From a virus: a stretch of DNA of 64,000 nt. Position numbers and translations under genes: made by a program. This document shows, one piece after another, positions 9,501-18,397 of this stretch; position 1 is the first letter of the stretch; every line of letters starts with the position of its first letter. The stretch is taken from the IMG/VR virus record IMGVR_UViG_3300035670_000127, positions 17,364 through 81,363 of that record; one strand, written 5' to 3'. The notes beneath the pieces are model-generated. The model did no database searches. It was not told the DNA's origin and worked only from the letters and a program-made list of their open reading frames with translations.

Positions 9501-10737
9501 GAGTCAAAACGAATTAGGAAGGGAGGCTATTATTCAGTTTTTAAGAAGCGGGCACTCGGTCTTTTTAACCGGCGGTGCCGGTAGTGGTAAGACCCACATG
9601 CTTAAACAAATAGTCTCTCAATTTCAGCAGGCCGCTATCTTAGCACCGACTGGAATTGCCGCGTCGAATGTCGGTGGGCAGACCATTCATAGCTTCTTTA
9701 ATCTGCCACCGCACTTGCAGAAACCTAGCGAATTGAATGTTAAAATCAAGAACGCATACCTCATTAAGAGGTTGCAGTTATTGGTGAATGACGAGATTAG
9801 CATGGTCAATCCGCTCCTTTTGGACTGCATAGATAATTTGATGCAACGAATAAGAGGTTGCGGTCTTCCGTTCGGTGGGTGTCCAGTCCTTTTTTGTGGT
9901 GACTTGGCACAGCTACCGCCCGTTATTCAAGATAAGAAAACAGGGGACGGGTTAAGTCAGCGAGAGGTGTTAAGCAAGATGGGTTACCCCTCTACTTTAG
10001 TTACTGATTCCAAAGCGTGGAGGAGTATAAAGTACGTGGTAGATTTGCAAGGGAGCTGGCGTCAAGATGGCGACCCGCATTTCTTTAACCTCCTTTCTGA
10101 TATACGAAACCACTTATTGGATAAGAAGAGGGACTCGTTAAGAAGTACCTTTTCTGAAATCAATAGTCAATGCGTGGGTCGTAACCTACCTCCTCAATTC
10201 ACTACCCTTGCCTCTACTAATAATCGAGTGCGAGAGATTAACGGTATTGAATTGGATAAGATGCAGGGGAAGGAATGTTGTTATGATGCCACTGTGGTAG
10301 GTGAATGGCGGGACGAATTTAGCCGGGCACCTCGACAGTTAATTCTTAAAGAAGGGGTGCAAGTAATATGTGTTGCTAACGACCCACTGAAGCAATTTGT
10401 GAACGGTTCAATTGCCGAGGTGGTCGAATTAGAACCGAAGGCGGTTTGGGTTAAGTTAGAGGATAAGCAAGTTATCAAAGTGCAACCTAATCGCTGGGAT
10501 AACTGGCAGTACAAGTGGGATGAGGAGAGTGGTCGAATGTCAGTCCAGTCAGCCGGCCACTTCATTCAACTCCCTTTTCAAGTGGGGTACGCCCTCACTA
10601 TTCACAGTTCCCAGGGACTGACTTTGAAACGAGTTAATTTTATGACAGAGCGGCTGTTTGATAAACGGTTAGCTTACGTCGCTTTGTCAAGATGTCCCAG
10701 TTTGCAGTCCCTGAGTTTGTCTCAATCGCTACATTAG
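9454..10737 (+). CDS. Pif1/RecD-like SF1B DNA helicase
   Basis: VFLTGGAGSGKT, LAPTGIAA, GQTIHSFF, DEISMV, PFGG, GDLAQLPP, YALTIHSSQGLTL, YVALSR. Confidence 0.95.
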   Translation: MNQIQMWQTQFLTVDRSQNELGREAIIQFLRSGHSVFLTGGAGSGKTHMLKQIVSQFQQAAILAPTGIAASNVGGQTIHSFFNLPPHLQKPSELNVKIKNAYLIKRLQLLVNDEISMVNPLLLDCIDNLMQRIRGCGLPFGGCPVLFCGDLAQLPPVIQDKKTGDGLSQREVLSKMGYPSTLVTDSKAWRSIKYVVDLQGSWRQDGDPHFFNLLSDIRNHLLDKKRDSLRSTFSEINSQCVGRNLPPQFTTLASTNNRVREINGIELDKMQGKECCYDATVVGEWRDEFSRAPRQLILKEGVQVICVANDPLKQFVNGSIAEVVELEPKAVWVKLEDKQVIKVQPNRWDNWQYKWDEESGRMSVQSAGHFIQLPFQVGYALTIHSSQGLTLKRVNFMTERLFDKRLAYVALSRCPSLQSLSLSQSLH

Positions 10738-10748
10738 AGGAGTTACTT

Positions 10749-10940
10749 ATGAGTTTACCGTACACTACCAGAGCCGCGGGTTTGGTTGCGTTTTTGGTGT
10801 TGGTTGCGGATTACTACCTTGTCAATTTTGGATGGTTAGAATGGCAATGGGGTAATTTGTTATTTGAGGTGTTTTGCCTCGTTTTGGCACTGCCAACCTT
10901 AACCGAGGGGTTCAATAAAGTGAGGGGGGTTAAGGAATGA
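10749..10940 (+). CDS. small membrane protein (2 TM)
   Basis: ATG after GAGGAG; two hydrophobic segments. Confidence 0.65.
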   Translation: MSLPYTTRAAGLVAFLVLVADYYLVNFGWLEWQWGNLLFEVFCLVLALPTLTEGFNKVRGVKE

Positions 10941-11341
10941 GGTTGTTATTTTTGATTCTCTTTTTGCCTCTCTTGACGGCCTGCCCTACCCAACCTGTGT
11001 GGGACGTGCAATTTGATTACAAACCGCCACCTGACAGTCAGTCGGCTTGTGTAGAGGGTTGCAATAAAACAGCGAAGCTCATAGGGTTGCAATGCACACT
11101 CTGCAATCAAAAGGAGTATAACTTGCGCCGGGATGGGTTTTTCCAAGCTAAAATGAAATGCACGAATCAAACGTGCCGTGATTTATTGGAATTAATTAGG
11201 CCAACGGCAGATTCTCATTATGAGGTATGCAATGACCAGTGTGACGACGATAAGGCTAAATTTAACGCCTGCTATGTGGGTTGCGGTGGGGAGGTCAAGG
11301 AGAGTAGGATGTGTGTAAGTAATTGTGGGAACGTGCAATAA
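10937..11341 (+). CDS. Cys-rich lipoprotein
   Basis: Signal peptide with LTAC lipobox; many paired Cys. Confidence 0.8.
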   Translation: MRLLFLILFLPLLTACPTQPVWDVQFDYKPPPDSQSACVEGCNKTAKLIGLQCTLCNQKEYNLRRDGFFQAKMKCTNQTCRDLLELIRPTADSHYEVCNDQCDDDKAKFNACYVGCGGEVKESRMCVSNCGNVQ

Positions 11342-11380
11342 AAAACGGCCTGTATTGATGCCACAATACAGGCCGTTTTT
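11341..11380. terminator. bidirectional rho-independent terminator
   Basis: AAAAACGGCCTGTATTG/CAATACAGGCCGTTTTT between convergent genes. Confidence 0.85.
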
Positions 11381-11382
11381 AT

Positions 11383-11577
11383 TTAGCCGTGCGTCAAGTA
11401 AAAGTTAAGAAGGGTACCCAACACCTCCTTATTGCTAAGGTGGCCGCTATCACTAGGTCTGCCCTTTTCCATTTTCGCCCTCGTCTTCTGTAAAAGGGCG
11501 GTAATGGGGTCTTTTTTTGGCCAAATAATCGACTTCAAGGGTTCTTGCTTCAGTTTTTGGTTTTCTTTCATTTGCAT
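11383..11577 (-). CDS. hypothetical protein
   Basis: ORF with GAGG RBS. Confidence 0.6.
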   Translation of the reverse strand: MQMKENQKLKQEPLKSIIWPKKDPITALLQKTRAKMEKGRPSDSGHLSNKEVLGTLLNFYLTHG

Positions 11578-11586
11578 ACCTCTTAG

Positions 11587-11970
11587 TTAGAACGGTATAA
11601 TATGGTTGTCTCGCACCTCTTCCATTTTGGAATGGAAGTGTTCCTTACACATTTCCCTTAACGCGGTGTCAATCTCCTCGTCAGTTTCAGCCTCGGCCTC
11701 CGCTACCCACTCCGGCGCGTCGTTTTGATACGCATGGTAAGTCAGGTCAATCGCTAGGAAGTAAAACCCGTCCCCTGCGAGTTTGCGCTTCTCGGTAAGC
11801 CAGTCACCCTCCTCTATACTCCAGTAGCCGCCGTGGTCGGGGTTATAAGTAAGGTAGCAAGGGGAGGATAGCGTTTGCAGAGGTTTCTTTTGAAACGCCT
11901 CAAATACCGATTCTAATGAATCACACCCCTGTTTATTGGCGGGGCATATACTGCATTTGTGGTCACACAT
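11587..11970 (-). CDS. hypothetical protein
   Basis: ORF with GAGG RBS. Confidence 0.7.
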   Translation of the reverse strand: MCDHKCSICPANKQGCDSLESVFEAFQKKPLQTLSSPCYLTYNPDHGGYWSIEEGDWLTEKRKLAGDGFYFLAIDLTYHAYQNDAPEWVAEAEAETDEEIDTALREMCKEHFHSKMEEVRDNHIIPF

Positions 11971-12052
11971 TTTTATTTATAACCTCTTTACTGATACACT
12001 GTGATTAATTAATATATAAATATATTATATATGTGTTCTGTGGCGTATACCA

Positions 12053-12087
12053 TAGAAAATATACCTATTGTGTAGGTATATTTTCTA
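12053..12087. terminator. hairpin/terminator
   Basis: TAGAAAATATACCTA/TAGGTATATTTTCTA inverted repeat after the ORF ending 12093. Confidence 0.6.
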
Positions 12088-12092
12088 TTTAT

Positions 12093-12371
12093 CTACGCTT
12101 CTGTGAGGGTTTCTACATACCCCTCTAAATTCTTCAGTTTTTCCAAAACCTCCGCGTCGTCTGCGAAATTCTCAATTCCCACCATATTTAAGTAGTCATC
12201 CATTACCTCGGTTTCCGTCAGTGTTTGTAATTCGTTCACTTCGTCAAGTACTTTATAGTAACTCCCTTTTTCTGTGCGATAATACATCCATCCAGTTTCG
12301 TCTACCCCTTTGTAAAAAATCTCAGTGGAAGTGGAGGTATTGTAAATTTTACCGTTTTTTACGATTTTCAT
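12093..12371 (-). CDS. conserved phage hypothetical protein
   Basis: NGKIYNT...YYRTEKGSYY pattern typical of small phage early proteins. Confidence 0.75.
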   Translation of the reverse strand: MKIVKNGKIYNTSTSTEIFYKGVDETGWMYYRTEKGSYYKVLDEVNELQTLTETEVMDDYLNMVGIENFADDAEVLEKLKNLEGYVETLTEA

Positions 12372-12416
12372 AAATCACCTTTTGTAGTATGTGGATTTTT
12401 GTTTTAGCAGTATTCC

Positions 12417-12461
12417 CTGCCCATATCCTATATATATGGGCAGTTTTTTATTTTTCAATAC
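12417..12461 (-). promoter_or_regulatory. GTATTGAAAAAT-class promoter with overlapping palindrome
   Basis: TTGAAA followed by TATATA; -10 overlapped by CTGCCCATAT/ATATGGGCAG inverted repeat. Confidence 0.5.
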
Positions 12462-12814
12462 TTTTTTATAAAAATATTTTTATATATTTTTTAGGCACGA
12501 GTTAGCTATGCTTATTTATTATAAATATAGAAATAGTATGCACAAGCTACCCTCCATTCATTCTGGAATAATAAGCGGCAGGTGGTGCCGGGCGACCTTA
12601 ATGGCAGACCGTTTTACGCACCCCATACAAAGCGATGGCGGTTATGATTACTGTGTTCTAAATTCGTTCAATATAGCCTCTAAAATTCGATTTTACCTAC
12701 ACGGGTGATGACAGGCACTACACAATCACTGATTTACTGAAATTGACGAAACCTCGCGTCATTACAGCGTTTTGTGTCTAGGATACGTCAAGTGCGTGTC
12801 TATGCAAAACTCGT

Positions 12815-13097
12815 TTTTGTATAGACTGTATAGACTCTGTCATCAACCCCTAGACGGTGAAAACCCGCGCCGTTATTGGCTTGTATGGACTGTATAGGGC
12901 CAACGGGTGTTTTTTCCATTTACTTATATATCCGGCGATATAAAATACTTTCTTCTATATTAATCATGTAATGTAGTGTATACACTCTATACAGTCCATA
13001 CAAGCCTTTAAATTCGTGCCTTCCCGTTGTATAGGGTTTAAACAGGTACTCTATACACCCTATACAGGTTTAAAGTAATGTTTTAAAGGGTTTGTTA
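12815..13097. repeat. Iteron-like locus A (candidate replication origin)
   Basis: Many TGTATAG/CTATACA motifs; perfect 20-bp IR 12878-12897/12987-13006 around an AT-rich core; directly downstream of helicase gene. Confidence 0.75.
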
Positions 13098-13112
13098 ATT
13101 GGTTTCTGTCTT

Positions 13113-14783
13113 TTATCCCTTCGCTTTCTCTTCTAAAATCCCCAGCCAATCCGTAGTCCAGTTCCTCTCGTTTTCCATCAAATCCTGACATATCACCCGT
13201 GCGACTTTAACCGGGTGCGTAGCCAGTAATTTAGCGACGTGGGATACCACTACCCCCTGCACCCCAGTGTGATATTCCATTGCCGTGCAAAGTTCCTCTG
13301 CCAGTTCTGCGATTGCCCCGTCAACTGATTCAGTCACCTCACTACCCAACCCTTCGTTTTTAAATGCGTACTCTACAATTGAGTTTTCAGTGCCCTCTAC
13401 TATCTTGAGTCCAATGAATCCCGACCTTGTCTTTTCGCCCGGCACCCTCATCTGCCTCTTTCTTTCTACACCGTCCACACCCAGAATGATGGTAATCACT
13501 TCCTCCAACTGAGTTGAAAAAGTATTGGTGCTAATCTGCCCCTTCCGCCCGTTTTGTTTGCACCAGCGAATGAAATTTGGATACAAATAGTTGTCTGCTA
13601 ACTCAAACATATTCTCCGTACTCACACCCAAAGCACCGACTTGCACTCTCACTTCAGGTGAAAACTCGACGTTTTGAGATAACCAAGCGATAAGTGGGTT
13701 GGTTTCGATCAGGGTTGCCATTTTGGCATCTTGGGAGGATTTCACTAGGTGGTCGGTATTGCGTAATAGGCTCTCCATTCGGCTAACATCCATCCCCAAT
13801 ACCCAGTTCAGCAAGCCAGGTATCTCACCCTCAAAATCCTCAGACAAATTACGCCGTTTTGAGGGGTGTACGACATGGTCAAGCCTCGCCGATATACGTC
13901 GCCGTGCAATTGCACTGGATGTATCTGAAAAATAAATGGGTGCATTGGCCGCGATAACAACCATGCCAGTGAATGTAAACGCCTCGTCCTGCTGTTTATT
14001 TTTCACCTCCTTTCGCAGCTTATCCTGCCCAGTGAGTGATTTAAAAATGGAACCCTCCCCACCGTATTTGGATGCGTCATTAATCAGAACCAGTCTCTTA
14101 CCTTGGATAGCCGCTGTCTCAAAACGGTTTTCTTCAAGGTATTTCATTGTGGTGATATAGTAATTGGGTTCGCCAATCATAGAGGTTAGCAATCGCGTTA
14201 ACGTCCCTTTCCCTGACCCGCCTGGACCTACGATTTCCATATACCGTTGCAAGTCATACCGCCCCAATAACACGGCCAGAAAGAAGGCACGAATCAACTC
14301 TATCAACTCCTTATCCCCTTTCGTTGCTTCGAGTAACCATTTATGAATGGTTGGGCACGTTGCATCCTTATTGAAATCGTAAGGCAACTGCCAGGTGATT
14401 CTATTCATAGGGTCGTGGGAGGGTGTAAATTCATGGGTGCGAATATTAAGAGTGCCATTAGGGAACGGTATGAGGTCAGGACATACTTCATTATCCCATT
14501 TATCAACGTAGAGGTCGCCCATCAGAAATTGGGTGACACCCTGTGCAAAATTAATACTAAAATCGGAGGTAAATCGTGAGTGGATAGCCTCCCGTATGAT
14601 TTGCTGAATGTGGACTTTTTTAGCCTTGGTCCAAACGGCGTCTTGATACATCCGCCATTCGCCGGTATCTGAATCAAACGCGAGTGTGGAGGCGAAAGAG
14701 GGCGCTAATTGTCTAGCTATTTCGTTTTGGCTAGGCTTTCTAGGAGAAGCGGCAGGTTTGCCATTTTGTGACTTTTTAGACAT
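13113..14783 (-). CDS. P4 alpha/D5-like SF3 helicase (phage/plasmid primase C-terminal family, no primase domain)
   Basis: D5_N (LIPFPNGTL, HDP), GPGGSGKGT, NRFETAAIQGKRLVLIND, FKSLTGQD, AAN, DTSSAIARR, C-terminal wHTH (LYPNFIRWC). Confidence 0.93.
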   Translation of the reverse strand: MSKKSQNGKPAASPRKPSQNEIARQLAPSFASTLAFDSDTGEWRMYQDAVWTKAKKVHIQQIIREAIHSRFTSDFSINFAQGVTQFLMGDLYVDKWDNEVCPDLIPFPNGTLNIRTHEFTPSHDPMNRITWQLPYDFNKDATCPTIHKWLLEATKGDKELIELIRAFFLAVLLGRYDLQRYMEIVGPGGSGKGTLTRLLTSMIGEPNYYITTMKYLEENRFETAAIQGKRLVLINDASKYGGEGSIFKSLTGQDKLRKEVKNKQQDEAFTFTGMVVIAANAPIYFSDTSSAIARRRISARLDHVVHPSKRRNLSEDFEGEIPGLLNWVLGMDVSRMESLLRNTDHLVKSSQDAKMATLIETNPLIAWLSQNVEFSPEVRVQVGALGVSTENMFELADNYLYPNFIRWCKQNGRKGQISTNTFSTQLEEVITIILGVDGVERKRQMRVPGEKTRSGFIGLKIVEGTENSIVEYAFKNEGLGSEVTESVDGAIAELAEELCTAMEYHTGVQGVVVSHVAKLLATHPVKVARVICQDLMENERNWTTDWLGILEEKAKG

Positions 14784-14885
14784 AATACTGTCCCTTTAGT
14801 TAAACTAAAAAATATGAAGGGCAGTATAAAGTATAAATATGGAGGGGAGGGTACTAAATTTTTTTGAAAAAGTTTCAAAAAACGC

Positions 14886-14914
14886 TTGACAATTTAGAAT
14901 TGTGTAGCTATACT
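14886..14914 (+). promoter_or_regulatory. sigma70 promoter for counter-transcript RNA
   Basis: TTGACA-17-TATACT. Confidence 0.85.
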
Positions 14915-14920
14915 ATAGGT

Positions 14921-15034
14921 ATAGTCAATAAGAAAAGCTGATTTGCCCTTCAATCAAAAATCGGTTTTTCCTTTGACTACCCTCCTAGAACCTGACGCAC
15001 TGCTTATGAAAGGAATTGCGTCAGGTTTTTTTTA
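14921..15034 (+). ncRNA. candidate cis-antisense (copy-control) RNA, ~110 nt
   Basis: Near-consensus promoter, long hairpin 14922-14979, CCCTCCT linker, terminator AACCTGACGCA/TGCGTCAGGTT plus T-run; no ORF. Confidence 0.7.
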
Positions 15035-15047
15035 TGCTTATGAACTT

Positions 15048-15076
15048 ATTATAGCATAAGTGAATCTGAAAGTCAA
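15048..15076 (-). promoter_or_regulatory. sigma70 promoter for helicase mRNA
   Basis: Minus strand TTGACT-17-TATAAT with extended TG, about 260 nt upstream of helicase ATG. Confidence 0.8.
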
Positions 15077-15092
15077 GGTTTGGATTGCACAA

Positions 15093-15132
15093 TAAAAAAG
15101 CGGTTATAGCATGTCTGCTTAATCGCTTTTTT
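15093..15132 (-). terminator. rho-independent terminator after WD40 gene
   Basis: AAAAAAGCGGTTA/TAATCGCTTTTTT. Confidence 0.7.
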
Positions 15133-15136
15133 ACCA

Positions 15137-16105
15137 TTATTTAATCCTACCCTTTAACCCCGTCAACTTCGGTATAATCCGAAGTCTAACCTCCCCCGTT
15201 TCCACATCCCAAATGCGCACGGTTCTATCCCATGAACCCGATGCGACGGATTTACCGTCCGGACTGAATGCCACCGAGGTCACCCAGTCACTGTGGCCTG
15301 TCAGGGTGTGAATCAATTGCCCGTCCTGAACTTCCCAAATCCGTACCGTTTTATCGTAGGAAGCGGAGGCAACTAATTCTCCATTTGGACTGAATGCGAC
15401 TGAGGTGACGATGTCGGTATGACCTTGCAATTCAATTTCTATATTCTCTTGCGAGAATAGACGAACCGTGTTATCTGTACAACCCATTGCCAGAATACCA
15501 TAGCAATTGAATGCAAGGGAGGTGGCATACCCAGTCACATTGTAATTAAGAATCCGATACTCTTTTTCGACATCCCATACGGAAACCACACCGTTCCTTG
15601 ATGCCGACACGAGTCTATTGCCGCTGTTATTAAATGCCACCGCCGCCACACCGACGTCGTGTCCTTTTAACTCAGTTACCTCGTCCGTAATGAGATTCCA
15701 TAATTTCAAATTATGAACTGCGTTATCGACCCCGATGGCAACCACCTTGTTATCCGGACTGAATGCGACGCTTGTGATTCCACAAGGATAGCCTTCTTCT
15801 TCCACTCGAATGGGAATGGGTGTTACGCAAAATTTGGTTAGGTACTTCCCGTCTCTGTCCCGAAGCATCACGGTATTATCTCTTGACCCGCTGGCAATAA
15901 TACCTAGACCATTAATAGCAATTGCCTCAATTGTAGAGTGATGACCGTCCATTTGCTGAATTATGTCGCCACTATTTATGTCGAATACACGGATTAGGCC
16001 GTCATTGCAACCAGCGACTAATTGGGAGTAAGCATTGAAGGTAATCGAGTTAATTCTATGAGTTTCACTTTCATAGAATGGTAGTCTGCATATATTGTGT
16101 GTCAT
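15137..16105 (-). CDS. WD40 repeat (7-bladed beta-propeller) protein
   Basis: Repeated GH..V.SVAFSPDG..ASGS.D.TVRIWD. Confidence 0.95.
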   Translation of the reverse strand: MTHNICRLPFYESETHRINSITFNAYSQLVAGCNDGLIRVFDINSGDIIQQMDGHHSTIEAIAINGLGIIASGSRDNTVMLRDRDGKYLTKFCVTPIPIRVEEEGYPCGITSVAFSPDNKVVAIGVDNAVHNLKLWNLITDEVTELKGHDVGVAAVAFNNSGNRLVSASRNGVVSVWDVEKEYRILNYNVTGYATSLAFNCYGILAMGCTDNTVRLFSQENIEIELQGHTDIVTSVAFSPNGELVASASYDKTVRIWEVQDGQLIHTLTGHSDWVTSVAFSPDGKSVASGSWDRTVRIWDVETGEVRLRIIPKLTGLKGRIK

Positions 16106-16307
16106 GTTTCAGTTTCCTCTGTGGAGGATAGAATTAAAGTCAATTCTCTCCTTATAATCTTGCCCGAATAAGTTTTCAACATCCTCGTTGTACCTTCTAA
16201 CCAATCCCTCTACCTCCTCAATATCCTTTCTTAGTCTGTCACAGTGACATAAAAGCAGTCTCTTCTCCTCAGGAATTGCGGATTTGTTCTTGCGTCCATT
16301 TCATGTT

Positions 16308-16508
16308 TCAGTTCCCTCTTTCTGATAATTGTAAAATACTCGCCTGATTCTCTAATGGGCATTCCAATACCCTTTTGAGTTCTTCTTTGATTTCATCCCT
16401 ACCTTGTTTTCGTTTAGCTTTTTTACGAGCCCTGTCACCTCCTCTAATTTCAGAGTATAAGCACCTTCCATCATCTACTCTGGCAGTTCTATTTGAGTAT
16501 GGTTTCAT
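16308..16508 (-). CDS. small basic hypothetical protein
   Basis: ORF within leftward operon. Confidence 0.6.
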   Translation of the reverse strand: MKPYSNRTARVDDGRCLYSEIRGGDRARKKAKRKQGRDEIKEELKRVLECPLENQASILQLSERGN

Positions 16509-16663
16509 AATTAAAGCCTAGATAGTCTTCTAATTGGCGTTCCAGTACCCTCCCTAGCCTACTAATCACGTAGCACATTCCTTGCCGACCATTTCTGTTT
16601 CACACCACTCAGGCTTTGGCAAACCGACGTGGTATCCCATGTTTATCTGTTAGCAAGAATGAT

Positions 16664-16906
16664 TTATAAATCATTATAAGCGTAGCTTGAATCAGAGGAT
16701 TTATAGAGAAACCGTCGCCTCCCAGACCATGCCAACCAACATTCTAAATCGGTCAACTCTTGCCATCGACGGAGTTGTAAAAATCTACTCTGCTTACTCC
16801 AACCTGTTTGCCATCCATAATACCCAGTTCTGTTTCTGGGTTTTAAATAGGTATCTTCGTGATACATATCGTTTGAATACCAAGGTTTTGCTATAATACT
16901 CGCCAT
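16664..16906 (-). CDS. hypothetical protein
   Basis: AGGAGG RBS. Confidence 0.55.
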   Translation of the reverse strand: MASIIAKPWYSNDMYHEDTYLKPRNRTGYYGWQTGWSKQSRFLQLRRWQELTDLECWLAWSGRRRFLYKSSDSSYAYNDL

Positions 16907-16964
16907 CCTCCTTTCCTCTTGTTAAACCCCGCCTTCGCTTTCGCAGTAGCGGGGTACTGTGTTT

Positions 16965-17570
16965 TTATTCTGGTATGCCGTAACGGCTTGTTATTTTCAC
17001 CCATGCTTTCAACGCCGCGATGGCGTCGTATCGCGGGTTATGCGGACTACCGTTTGGTGGAATTACACCCTCCTTCTTTAAGAAGGAATCCACTGAATGC
17101 GGATTCTCTCCTTTTAACAGGAGAAGCGTACCTACATCATGGATGCACATGGGTGACGGTTTTGGTGAGCTTGCATCCCAAATGTTGTATCCCTCTAGCA
17201 TCCCACGGTTTTTAAGGGATTGGGCAAAATACCCCTCAGATGCAATTGTGTTAAATAACCCCGTTTCCACCGGATTTGGACAATGTGCGATGACAACGAG
17301 TTGTTCGTCTACCGTCCCTACTTGCATGTCCAACCACCAATCTGAAAAGGATTGGTAAAGTTCGGTAGTGTCTTCCACCGTTTCAACAATCACCTGGCAC
17401 TGAGGCCAAACGTTTTCTTTTACCCACTGGTCTGGCCAGTGAGTCGGCTCTTCTGCGATTCTCTTTTCAAAGAGAATTTGAGAACCATCGGTGGTGTGAG
17501 TGACAACCGATATAGCGAATGCCTTGTCACGTAAAGCAAAAGTTTCTGCGTCAATCGATATTAATTTCAT
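16965..17570 (-). CDS. DEDDh 3'-5' exonuclease family protein
   Basis: ISIDAET, IHDV, HNPRYDA. Confidence 0.75.
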   Translation of the reverse strand: MKLISIDAETFALRDKAFAISVVTHTTDGSQILFEKRIAEEPTHWPDQWVKENVWPQCQVIVETVEDTTELYQSFSDWWLDMQVGTVDEQLVVIAHCPNPVETGLFNTIASEGYFAQSLKNRGMLEGYNIWDASSPKPSPMCIHDVGTLLLLKGENPHSVDSFLKKEGVIPPNGSPHNPRYDAIAALKAWVKITSRYGIPE

Positions 17571-17616
17571 TGTAGTTTCCTCTTACGTTTTGTGTTTAAA
17601 ACCTTGACGATGTTTG

Positions 17617-18015
17617 TCAGCTTGGGCATGCAATTCCAATTCTGCAATAGCCTTCTGTTTCTCGTTTCTTCTCCGCGTCTCTGCATGGTGCAATGCGTCT
17701 TTCCTTTCGGCTACGCTCCATAACAAGCACCGTCAAAGCGTTTGCTAATACCCCAGCCGCCACCCTCTCAATCGTACCTACGAAAGGAGAATTGGCGACT
17801 ACCTTATCTTGCAACTTAGCAATCACATCACCACCGCCTAAATGATTGCTAATCAATTGCACTGCCCTTTCAGTGGGTGTTACTCCAATCCTATCTGCCT
17901 CTGCGGCCAGGCAACCATACAACTTCGGATAAAGAGATAATTCTAAGTTATATGGGTCTGGTAAAGTGCAATGCACAGTGCCAGCTAATCCCGTCATCTC
18001 ATTGAACATATTCAC
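17617..18015 (-). CDS. hypothetical protein, possible ribbon-helix-helix N-terminus
   Basis: LELSLYPKLYGCLAAEADRIGVTP pattern. Confidence 0.55.
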   Translation of the reverse strand: MNMFNEMTGLAGTVHCTLPDPYNLELSLYPKLYGCLAAEADRIGVTPTERAVQLISNHLGGGDVIAKLQDKVVANSPFVGTIERVAAGVLANALTVLVMERSRKERRIAPCRDAEKKRETEGYCRIGIACPS

Positions 18016-18383
18016 ACCTCTCCATCCATTCTGTCACTCCTGCTATACAAGGTATGATTCAGTTTCTTAAATAAGACCGTAACCTTACCATTGTTATCGT
18101 ATCCTTTTTGCACGGATAGCAGGCATAAATGGATAGCAAAGCTAATATGTAACCACTTCTCCTCTGTTGGACTCAATCCTATACTTGCTGCACCCACTAC
18201 CGCATAATGCGACTGAATATAATTTATCACTTGCGATGGTAAGGTGTGCTCGTCCTCACCCATACAACATGCCCATAATTTATGTGACTGGGTAACCATA
18301 TCATCCCAGTCTAATACCCCTAAGGCACCGTAAACTTCACTTGCTAATATATAATTAGCACCATAGTAATTAATTACTCGCAT
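18012..18383 (-). CDS. AntA-like antirepressor/DNA-binding protein (divergent)
   Basis: ILASEVYGALGV...WLHISFAIHLCL resembles AntA V.A.EL..L / L..AKEL. Confidence 0.45.
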   Translation of the reverse strand: MRVINYYGANYILASEVYGALGVLDWDDMVTQSHKLWACCMGEDEHTLPSQVINYIQSHYAVVGAASIGLSPTEEKWLHISFAIHLCLLSVQKGYDNNGKVTVLFKKLNHTLYSRSDRMDGEV

Positions 18384-18397
18384 ATCACACCCTTTCG

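Noticed and set aside
12494-12509. AGGCACGAGTTAGC as sigma54 promoter
   Set aside because: GG-GC spacing is 9, not 10, and no credible downstream gene
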